This document shows positions 45,081 through 53,428 of a stretch of DNA of 64,000 nucleotides, one piece after another. The DNA is taken from the IMG/VR virus record IMGVR_UViG_3300002143_000172, positions 1 to 64,000 of that record. The stretch is one strand, 5' to 3'. Under the pieces are notes generated by a model. It worked only from the letters and a program-made list of their open reading frames with translations, was not told the origin of the DNA and did no database searches. This DNA comes from a virus. The translations under genes were made by a program, and so were the position numbers. How positions within the stretch are numbered: the stretch's first letter is position 1; every line of letters begins with the position of its first letter.

Positions 45081-45201
45081 ATTATACAGTTATTTAGCAT
45101 CGCTGTCAACCTCTTTTTATATTTTTGACAAAAAAGATTTTTAACAACTCTTCTTCCTAACCATGTGTCTATTGTATATTTATTTAGCATCGCTGTCAAC
45201 C
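45081..45201 (-). promoter_or_regulatory. tandem sigma70 promoters (direct repeat) heading the tRNA array
   Basis: TTGACA-17-TATAAT (45081-45109) and TTGACA-17-TACAAT (45171-45199), both with TAAATA in spacer. Confidence 0.9.
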
Positions 45202-45234
45202 CCTATATTTGTGGCAAAAATGCCACACTGCGAA

Positions 45235-45999
45235 TTATGCTAATTCATCTTTGATTGGCAAGGACACATGTCGTTGATGTCCGGTTGTGTTTACATAACC
45301 ATCTTGTTTATCGTTTGGACCAGCTAACATGAATGTGTGAAATCCATCCATGATGTAATGTCTGCAAAGATTTCTTTCAACCTGTGCTCCGTCTAATTTA
45401 TTAGCCCAGGGGGCAACATGATCTATGATTGCCTCATATCCTCCGTAGCGTAACCAGTCTTCCATCCTGTGTACACTGGGCTGGAATGTAAATCCGAGGC
45501 CCCATTCTCCATGCATACAGTTGTTAACATTCCAAAATGTAGTATCGTCTAGAGTAAACTGCCTGTGGTATGGAGGAAGTATCCTTGAATGATTTGTTAA
45601 GTTGTTGGGATCCTGGCTTGCAGGTTCCCAAGTAGGGTCGTACTCAGTAAGCCAAACATTTATACAGCAATCATCTGCTTCGAGTATCTTAATGCTAGGT
45701 TCAATAAAACTGTCACGAATAAAAACAAAGTCATCTTCACAATGGAAAACATAGGGAGTGCCGATCAATGGATAATATGTATCGATATTTTTCAATTGCC
45801 CCTGTCTACCTACGGTGTTGATTAAGTCTAATTTTGTAAATGGCAAAATCTCACGAACCCATTCTAGATCCATATCACTATCTTCAACAATGATTCCGTG
45901 TTCAATCGGATAGGTGTTATGTTTGACAAAAGTTTCCAAACACACCTTTAGTAGATCGTGCCGTTTACAGCTGGTTAAAAAGAAGGTTACATTACTCAT
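45235..45999 (-). CDS. GT2-like glycosyltransferase
   Basis: TSCKRHDLL, FHCEDDF. Confidence 0.8.
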   Translation of the reverse strand: MSNVTFFLTSCKRHDLLKVCLETFVKHNTYPIEHGIIVEDSDMDLEWVREILPFTKLDLINTVGRQGQLKNIDTYYPLIGTPYVFHCEDDFVFIRDSFIEPSIKILEADDCCINVWLTEYDPTWEPASQDPNNLTNHSRILPPYHRQFTLDDTTFWNVNNCMHGEWGLGFTFQPSVHRMEDWLRYGGYEAIIDHVAPWANKLDGAQVERNLCRHYIMDGFHTFMLAGPNDKQDGYVNTTGHQRHVSLPIKDELA

Positions 46000-46089
46000 G
46001 CGTCTATTTAAACACACTTCACTGGTCTTGTCAAATAATTTGACAACAAGTTAAGTATGTGCTTAAATATACGATTATGAGGACACCAC

Positions 46090-46815
46090 ATGAGTAGAAC
46101 TCCAGACATTATTAGACAGATCCATACAGTTGAAGAAACATCAATCCGATTATTCGGAGATTGGGAAAGTACAGAAGCAGACATCCTAAGTACATCCTGG
46201 TTAAATTCTTTGGCGCTTGATCATAAATTACCCGACGAAATTAAAACAATGGACGGCATGAGTGGTAAGAAGTACCGATACCTTATTAATAATCTAGTTG
46301 GACTATTGCCCGATGCCCGATATTTAGAAATTGGTAGTTGGGCAGGTAGTACGGCCTGTAGCGCCATGTGGGGTAATAAATGTAAAGTTACCTGTATTGA
46401 TAATTGGAGTGAGTTTGGCGGCCCAAAAGAAGCGTTTTTTGCCAATACTAAGTATTGCACAACTGATGACATTGATTTCAATTTTATTGAAAGTGATTTT
46501 AGAAAGGTTGACTACTCAAATATCGGAAAACACAATGTCTATATGTTTGACGGCCCCCACAGTGAACAAGATCAATACGACGGAATTGCGTTAGTCGAAG
46601 CCGCCCTCGATGATACATATATTTTAGTTGTAGACGACTACAACGGTAGTCATGTTCGTAAGGGAACACAAGACGCACTTGACAAGTGTGGGCATAAAAT
46701 CCTAGCAAAAATTGAAATCATCACCCACATGGTAGACGGAGAACACGCAATAGTTAGCCATCAGTTTAGTGATTGGCACAACGGGTATCTGTTTGCTGTT
46801 GTAAGCAAAAAGTAA
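46090..46815 (+). CDS. class I methyltransferase
   Basis: YLEIGSWAGS, FDGPH, VVDD. Confidence 0.85.
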   Translation: MSRTPDIIRQIHTVEETSIRLFGDWESTEADILSTSWLNSLALDHKLPDEIKTMDGMSGKKYRYLINNLVGLLPDARYLEIGSWAGSTACSAMWGNKCKVTCIDNWSEFGGPKEAFFANTKYCTTDDIDFNFIESDFRKVDYSNIGKHNVYMFDGPHSEQDQYDGIALVEAALDDTYILVVDDYNGSHVRKGTQDALDKCGHKILAKIEIITHMVDGEHAIVSHQFSDWHNGYLFAVVSKK

Positions 46816-48257
46816 TGAAAAGACATTTGTTAATTGTATTACGAACTTGTACCAGTGTTAACATGGTCAATGACACTGGGTCTGGCCGTTACATTAAAGT
46901 TCCAAAGGCACAATTAGTCAATGTGTGTGTTAGTAGTCTTGTTGACAGTATCAATCATGTACAAGGACACGATGTTGAGTTAGTAGTGTTAGATGATCAC
47001 AGCGATGACTCCTGCATAGCAGACATAAAAACAATATTATCTCACTGCAAATTTCCCACAACATTTATTCCTGTAGACGGCGGGACTGGAAACGGATATA
47101 CAATGGGGTTGGTCTATCAGGAAGTTGAGAAAAGGTGTAAAGATTTATGGTACCATGTAGAAGATGACTATCTACATGTACCTGAAGCAATACACGATAT
47201 GATTGATACTGTAGATACTTTTGAGCCAATGACTAATAAACTAGTTGCTATCAACCCCCATGATGACATCTGGCGATATAAGCAAGAAATATATCAAAGT
47301 TTTCTATTGTTGGGTCCTTATCGTCATTATCGAACCGTTCGACACACTACCTTTACCTGTTTAGCCAGTAGAGCGTTATTTGATAAGTATCGAAAATATT
47401 TTAATGACCTAGTTACTCTTACCACACAGAAAGAAGTCTGGGTTGAGAATAAGTCAATTAACTTGGTTTGGCAACAACCAGATGTGGCGTTGTTTAGTCC
47501 TATTCCCGGTTTGGGGTTTCATGTCATGGATGAGAGTGGGAAAGATCCTTTCTTTGATATCGGCGATCTTTGGGACAGTGTGCCTCAACTATGGAAAACT
47601 GAAGATCGCCCCAAACTTGCAATAGTTAGTTTATTCAATGACCGTCACCTTGATCTAGCAAGACATACCTGGAATAACAAATTAGAATATGCCAGGAAGC
47701 ACGGATATAGTGCTTACGCAAAAACTGATAATTTTAGTGCTGAACAGGTTCACTTTGATAAGTTTGTTCATATCTTAGATATCATGAATCAATTTCCATA
47801 TTTAGAATGGATCTGGTGGTTAGACAACGATGCTATGATCACAAATTATGACATTCGAGTTGAGGATCTATTGGATAATGCCTATCATGTTATTATGCCC
47901 ACAGACATCGCGGCATTAAACACAGGTAGCTTTATTGTGCGTAACAGTGTTCAAGGACGAGAATGGTTAGAGTTTCTACTGAGTAAAAAAGCAGAATATA
48001 AAAACGATAAGAAATGGTTTGAACAACAGGCCGTTATTGACTTCTATCCCAAGTTTCAAGAACTGTTTAAAATAATTCCACAACAATGGTTGAATTCCTA
48101 TGACTACAGAATGTATAATATAGAAGGAATTGACCTATTAGGACAAGACGGGCAATGGTATCCGGGCGACTTTGTTATACATTGGCCAGGATTACCGAAC
48201 GATACCCGTGTGAAGTTGGCACAGCAATACCAACCGTTAATACAGGATACAAGATGA
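46815..48257 (+). CDS. two-domain glycosyltransferase (GT2-like plus GT34-like)
   Basis: LDDHS, VEDDYLH; WWLDND, LNTGSF, EQQA, GDFVIHWPG. Confidence 0.8.
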   Translation: MKRHLLIVLRTCTSVNMVNDTGSGRYIKVPKAQLVNVCVSSLVDSINHVQGHDVELVVLDDHSDDSCIADIKTILSHCKFPTTFIPVDGGTGNGYTMGLVYQEVEKRCKDLWYHVEDDYLHVPEAIHDMIDTVDTFEPMTNKLVAINPHDDIWRYKQEIYQSFLLLGPYRHYRTVRHTTFTCLASRALFDKYRKYFNDLVTLTTQKEVWVENKSINLVWQQPDVALFSPIPGLGFHVMDESGKDPFFDIGDLWDSVPQLWKTEDRPKLAIVSLFNDRHLDLARHTWNNKLEYARKHGYSAYAKTDNFSAEQVHFDKFVHILDIMNQFPYLEWIWWLDNDAMITNYDIRVEDLLDNAYHVIMPTDIAALNTGSFIVRNSVQGREWLEFLLSKKAEYKNDKKWFEQQAVIDFYPKFQELFKIIPQQWLNSYDYRMYNIEGIDLLGQDGQWYPGDFVIHWPGLPNDTRVKLAQQYQPLIQDTR

Positions 48258-49093
48258 AAGTTTATGATTGTTTTACATTCTTCAACGAATTAGATGTTTT
48301 AGAAATTAGATTACAAGAGTTATGGGATGTAGTTGATGTTTTTGTTCTAGCAGAATCTAACCTAAGTCATAGTGGTAAGCCTAAGGAGTACATCTTTGAA
48401 AATAACAAAGAACGCTTCACTAAGTATGCTAGTAAAATCCGTAGAGTGCAGGTTGACGATATGCCCAATACTCCGGATAGCTGGGTTCGAGAAAAGTTCC
48501 AACGCTTTTGTTTAAACCGGGGACTAAGCGATGCTGCCGCAGAAGATATTATTATTACTAGTGACCTTGACGAGATTCCTCGGGCCGATGCAATAGCAAT
48601 GATCAAAGAAGATGAAAACGATTGGGATCGTTACATCCTTACTATTCCAATGTTTCAATATAAAATCAATTATATGAAAATTCATGAGATTGTTAAACAA
48701 CCCAACATCATGGTTACCCGGGCAAGGGTCTATACCAATCCACAACAAGAACGAGAATATACATTTCCGTGGGTTCCAAAACCCAATAGTCTAGTAATGA
48801 TCGATCACGGCGGCTGGCATTTTACCTACTTTGGTGATAATGAACATTCTATTACTAAAATACAAAACTTTGCACACACGGAAACAGATACCCCAGAAAT
48901 GATCGCTAAACATAACCTTGAATGGTTTGTAAAGAACAAGTGCGGGCATCACGGACCCACACATCCAGAACGGTTTGAGTATGTTATAGTTGATGAATAT
49001 TTTCCAGATTGTATTACACAAAATTTAGATAAATGGCAACATATGATTGTACCAGATGCGGCATTTCATGTAACTGACCTATATAGAGACTAA
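48254..49093 (+). CDS. GT17 family glycosyltransferase
   Basis: YDCFTFFNELD, SDLDEIP, GGWHFTY. Confidence 0.85.
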   Translation: MKVYDCFTFFNELDVLEIRLQELWDVVDVFVLAESNLSHSGKPKEYIFENNKERFTKYASKIRRVQVDDMPNTPDSWVREKFQRFCLNRGLSDAAAEDIIITSDLDEIPRADAIAMIKEDENDWDRYILTIPMFQYKINYMKIHEIVKQPNIMVTRARVYTNPQQEREYTFPWVPKPNSLVMIDHGGWHFTYFGDNEHSITKIQNFAHTETDTPEMIAKHNLEWFVKNKCGHHGPTHPERFEYVIVDEYFPDCITQNLDKWQHMIVPDAAFHVTDLYRD

Positions 49094-49809
49094 TGTTAAA
49101 CAATAATTTAATTAAAAAATGTTCCTGCGGCAACGATGTTGACTTTTCGGTGTTATTTGTTAACATGTTAGAAGTTGCCAGTTGCGACCAATGCGATGTT
49201 ATGCATCAATATTTAGAAGGTTGGACTGCTGAAAAATACATCAACTTCTATAAAACAGATTATCACACTGATTATCAAAAAAATAGAGGAACAATGACCT
49301 ATGAAGAACGATACGAGCACGATTGTAAAGTTTCAGATTTAAGACTAGATGCTTATAATCTTCCAGAAGGCTCTGTGGGCTTAGACATAGGAAGTAGTAA
49401 TAGCGCATTTGTTCATAGAGCAATATCTAGAAATCTTAGATTTCTAGGGCTTGAACCAGGTAACAACATTGGAGACGATAGTGTTACTATAAGAGGTACT
49501 CTAGAAACCGCATATTTTAATCCGGAGCATTTTGACTTTGTTACCATGCATGACAGTATTGAACATATGGTCAATGTGAATGGCGCACTGAATTCAGTGT
49601 GGGGTATTTTAAAATATGGTGGACAGGCTATTATTGATCTCCCAGATTATTTTAGTCCCCAGGGTCAGCATCATTGGAAACACATTGAGCATTTGTGGTT
49701 CTTTTCAGAAGAACAGTTTGCCAATGTGTTAACTAACAACGGGTTTGCGGTTACTAACATTACACGACCTATTCCCGGTAAGTTAGTATTTTATGCCAAG
49801 AAAGTATGA
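49093..49809 (+). CDS. class I methyltransferase
   Basis: LDIGSS, DSIEH. Confidence 0.8.
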   Translation: MLNNNLIKKCSCGNDVDFSVLFVNMLEVASCDQCDVMHQYLEGWTAEKYINFYKTDYHTDYQKNRGTMTYEERYEHDCKVSDLRLDAYNLPEGSVGLDIGSSNSAFVHRAISRNLRFLGLEPGNNIGDDSVTIRGTLETAYFNPEHFDFVTMHDSIEHMVNVNGALNSVWGILKYGGQAIIDLPDYFSPQGQHHWKHIEHLWFFSEEQFANVLTNNGFAVTNITRPIPGKLVFYAKKV

Positions 49810-50585
49810 AAACATTTAGCCATTCAGGAACTACCGGTGACACATTTAGTAGTTGTGTTGCAGTTAAGATATTAGGTGGTGGTGAGTTTTATCTTCGCCT
49901 ACATAATCTCGACAATGTATTACGAGAAAAATTAGGATGGGGCCCGGCTGGCGGCAGACATGCAGGTCGTATGACTGAACATGACTACGAGATTATGCGT
50001 GAGTTCATGTTGCATCAAAAATACATCACAGACTTTAAGCCATGGAATGGTGAGCGCATTGACCATGAATTAGAAAATGCTGCCTTACATTTAGAAACAC
50101 ATCGATTTCCTCGAAACTTCCCTAACCAACATGCCCTGGCGCAGGGGATAAATCTGGATCTACACTATCGCGAACTACAAGTTGAGCCATACATGGAATG
50201 CCGAGAAGTACGCAAGTTTCCCGGAAGGCCAATTGTTATCAGTCGAGCTCCACATTATCAAGATGGTAATAAACTAGATAGTCCTGTATGGCGTGACATG
50301 ATTGATCGTGGACTATGCGAGCAAGCTGTGTATGTTGGATTGGAAAATGAACACGCATGGTTCGAAGATTGTTTTAAGGTCAAGGTTCCACATTATCGTA
50401 CGCCCGACTTTATGGAATTGGCCCGAGTTATACAGGGTAGTGAGCTGTTTGTTTGTAGCATGACTGCCCCTTGTGCAGTAGCATTGGCATTAGGTAAAAC
50501 TATGTGGGTTGAAACACGCAAGAACGAATCATTCGAACGCTTAGAGATTAATTACCCCGGCAGGATGAATATTAGGTATTTCTAA
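49806..50585 (+). CDS. GT-B (GT9-like) hypothetical protein
   Basis: HSGTTGD, ELARVIQGSELFV. Confidence 0.55.
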   Translation: MKTFSHSGTTGDTFSSCVAVKILGGGEFYLRLHNLDNVLREKLGWGPAGGRHAGRMTEHDYEIMREFMLHQKYITDFKPWNGERIDHELENAALHLETHRFPRNFPNQHALAQGINLDLHYRELQVEPYMECREVRKFPGRPIVISRAPHYQDGNKLDSPVWRDMIDRGLCEQAVYVGLENEHAWFEDCFKVKVPHYRTPDFMELARVIQGSELFVCSMTAPCAVALALGKTMWVETRKNESFERLEINYPGRMNIRYF

Positions 50586-51313
50586 TGAAGGTTGCGATAA
50601 TAACAGCAGGTCAGCCAAGGTTTACTGATGACTTCGTTACAGTATTAAATCAGTTAAAAGGTTTTAGCACCGCTGATCTTTATATTAATCTATGGGACAG
50701 CGATTGGGTAGACGATGTTGCCCAAGGAGTTAACAAGATCAATAAAATTTTACCCAGTAATGTTATTCTTAAAAAACTACAAATAACAACACCACCTGAT
50801 CGGGCGCTACCTACTTCAAATCGAACTGGTAACTTGCAATGGTGGTATGATCGAAGGGTAGGTCAAATACATTGTTTAAAACTAGCATTTGATTTAATTG
50901 AATCACCGTACGACTTAATTGTAAGAGTTAGACCGGACGGATCTCTAGACAGTGATTTAGATATATCGTTGTTGGACTTCACTGCTAATGATATTATATT
51001 TTGTAATAGATTAGTTGGAGCAAATCAAACAGCTCCTAATGATCAATTCTTTGTAGGAACACACCAGGGTATGGAATTCTTGTGTAACCTGTATCTAGAC
51101 TTTGACAGGTATATGATCGAGGGTTGTCCCGACTGGGAAACTAACGAGCACGAATGGGCATTAGAGCATGTAATACGCTACTATTTTGAATCAAATAATA
51201 AGCCTATAATTCGGGGAAACTTTAATCACGATATTAACCGGGTTGGGAAATCTAAGTATACCACAGACAAACATATACACAATCCAATAGCACCTGACCC
51301 AACAGCAACATAG
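50585..51313 (+). CDS. glycan-related hypothetical protein
   Basis: GQPRF, YDLIVRVRPD; paralogue of 51768-52598. Confidence 0.6.
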   Translation: MKVAIITAGQPRFTDDFVTVLNQLKGFSTADLYINLWDSDWVDDVAQGVNKINKILPSNVILKKLQITTPPDRALPTSNRTGNLQWWYDRRVGQIHCLKLAFDLIESPYDLIVRVRPDGSLDSDLDISLLDFTANDIIFCNRLVGANQTAPNDQFFVGTHQGMEFLCNLYLDFDRYMIEGCPDWETNEHEWALEHVIRYYFESNNKPIIRGNFNHDINRVGKSKYTTDKHIHNPIAPDPTAT

Positions 51314-51322
51314 GATAGACAA

Positions 51323-51790
51323 ATGAAATTAATCGCACATCGAGGACTTATAGATGGTCCTAATGAAGTTTTAGAAAATCGACCCGAACATATCAGAAGA
51401 GCAATAAAGTTAGGCTATGACTGTGAGATTGATTTATGGGTCGCTGATTCAAAATTGTATCTAGGTCACGACACAGCCGATTATCCAATATCTGAAGGAT
51501 TCCTTAAACAAGGTGGTCTGTGGATACATTGTAAAAATGTCGAAGCAGTTGAATATTGCCTCGATGATATTAAATTAAATTATTTTTGGCATGACAAGGA
51601 TGATAGGACAATAACTAGCAAAGGCTATATTTGGACTTATCCAGAAAAAGCTCTAACCAAATGGTCTATAAGATTACTGCCAGAATGGCATGACCCAGAA
51701 TTTAAAACTATTTTAGAAACTACATGCTATGGAATTTGTAGCGACTATGTTGGCCGCATTAAAGATATTATTGCCAACGGCCAAAATTAG
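51323..51790 (+). CDS. GDPD/PLC-like phosphodiesterase domain protein
   Basis: IAHRG, EIDLW, LGHD, GICSD. Confidence 0.75.
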   Translation: MKLIAHRGLIDGPNEVLENRPEHIRRAIKLGYDCEIDLWVADSKLYLGHDTADYPISEGFLKQGGLWIHCKNVEAVEYCLDDIKLNYFWHDKDDRTITSKGYIWTYPEKALTKWSIRLLPEWHDPEFKTILETTCYGICSDYVGRIKDIIANGQN

Positions 51791-52598
51791 AAATATAAAT
51801 TTTATTGTGCCATCCCGGAACACTACCAGACGACCATTCTTCGCCTGTAGTTAGGTCTTTCCACATACCTAAATGCCTAAATTCTATTTTAAAGCCGCCG
51901 AAGTTGTGTTTGCATCCATTCCGTTCTAGATGTCTGCCTAACAAAGTTTCTGGATGAAATTTAACACCTGCTTTATTATGATCTAGGGCTTGATTATAAA
52001 GATCGCAGTATATTGTCATAGTTTCCGAAGTACCCATTCCAAATAGGTCGCAAATCCAAACACCGTCATGCCCGCATCCTTTATTATCAGGTGTGATAAC
52101 TGTGTTTGGATTATTATCTAGTTTAGTCTTTACATTGGCCGCATCTATTGTACTTGTAACAGCCACATCGGGCCTAGTTCTGATCACTATATCATAGATA
52201 AAATTGTTTTCTGTCTCATACTTTCTACGAGCTTCGTTTGCCATAAAAAGACTGTACATCATTTTCCATAGATTATCTTGTCTAGTTTCGACAGCAAAAT
52301 TAGATTCTATTGGAAAAGTTTTTACAGAACTCTGATCTGCTAATTCTAATGTTACAATAGTATGCCCAGCAGGAAGTAGTTCCTTAAATTTGTTAAGAGC
52401 CCATTCTTTATCTATATGTTGCCACGCTGGTGCAACTACTTGATGTCCCCCGTTGGCTAATAATTCAGCTGTGGGAAAGTTATCTTCCCACATGTATAGG
52501 AAATAATCAACTTGATCGAATCCTTTTAAATTTTCTAAGAATTGATCAAATTCGGAACAAAATCTAGGATCACCCTGAAGTAGTATAGCGGCTCGCAT
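51768..52598 (-). CDS. glycan-related hypothetical protein
   Basis: GDPRF, YDIVIRTRPD, HPETLL. Confidence 0.6.
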   Translation of the reverse strand: MRAAILLQGDPRFCSEFDQFLENLKGFDQVDYFLYMWEDNFPTAELLANGGHQVVAPAWQHIDKEWALNKFKELLPAGHTIVTLELADQSSVKTFPIESNFAVETRQDNLWKMMYSLFMANEARRKYETENNFIYDIVIRTRPDVAVTSTIDAANVKTKLDNNPNTVITPDNKGCGHDGVWICDLFGMGTSETMTIYCDLYNQALDHNKAGVKFHPETLLGRHLERNGCKHNFGGFKIEFRHLGMWKDLTTGEEWSSGSVPGWHNKIYISNFGRWQ

Positions 52599-52673
52599 TT
52601 GATATTTATCTGATTAAACACGCAGAGAAATATCTTAATGTGAGTTGTAAATAATATATATGGAGTGACACGT

Positions 52674-52952
52674 ATGGGCGATTTCTTTAAATTAGTAGCA
52701 GAACTAGGGTTTCCTATAGCAGGTGCGTGTGCTGCCGGCTATTTTGTTTTCCTTACATTGAAATTCATTCTTGCAGGTGTTACTAGCAGTGTAAATGGTA
52801 TGGGTGGTATTATTAAAGGGCTAGACAGCCGAGTTGATACTATGACCAATCAACTACAGCGTATTGATGTTAAAGTTAGCCATGCATTGGGATTACAACC
52901 AGATTATGATCGTATTTCTCGTGCAGAACAGTCAGATCAAAGAAAGGATTAA
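52674..52952 (+). CDS. small membrane protein (YvrJ-like)
   Basis: LGFPI plus TM helix and coiled coil. Confidence 0.6.
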   Translation: MGDFFKLVAELGFPIAGACAAGYFVFLTLKFILAGVTSSVNGMGGIIKGLDSRVDTMTNQLQRIDVKVSHALGLQPDYDRISRAEQSDQRKD

Positions 52953-52953
52953 T

Positions 52954-53067
52954 ATGTTATCTAAAGAACAAATTCAATTAATACATGCAGTCGGGATCAA
53001 TGTAGATCAAAAATTACAGCCCGAGTTGTACCAGTACCTATGTAATATATTAGAAGGAACTGCGTAA
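52954..53067 (+). CDS. small hypothetical protein
   Basis: 37 aa ORF with AAGGA SD between the two GFPI genes. Confidence 0.45.
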   Translation: MLSKEQIQLIHAVGINVDQKLQPELYQYLCNILEGTA

Positions 53068-53068
53068 G

Positions 53069-53428
53069 ATGGAAGGCATAGTAGATTTAGTTAATAAGTA
53101 TGGATTTCCTATTGTCGCCGCAGGCGGTATGGGATATTTTATTTACTATGTGTGGACATGGGTAACTACTGAAATTAAACCTGTTATTGGACAAGCCAAT
53201 GGTACCCTTATCGCTCTGATTGATCGTATTCGTATGTTAGACAATGATCTTATACGATTAAATCAAAAAGTAGAAACAGTTATGGAACTACGCGGTAAAA
53301 CTATTGAGCAAGAGCGCATTGAAGCTGATAAAGATATTAATGCTAAACGCAAGAAGATTGTAGAAGAAGAACCAATTGGCAAGCGTAGAGCAACCCCCAA
53401 AGAAATCAAAGAAGCGTCGGGCGATTAA
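53069..53428 (+). CDS. small membrane protein (YvrJ-like)
   Basis: YGFPI plus TM helix, LIDRIRMLDNDLIRL. Confidence 0.6.
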   Translation: MEGIVDLVNKYGFPIVAAGGMGYFIYYVWTWVTTEIKPVIGQANGTLIALIDRIRMLDNDLIRLNQKVETVMELRGKTIEQERIEADKDINAKRKKIVEEEPIGKRRATPKEIKEASGD

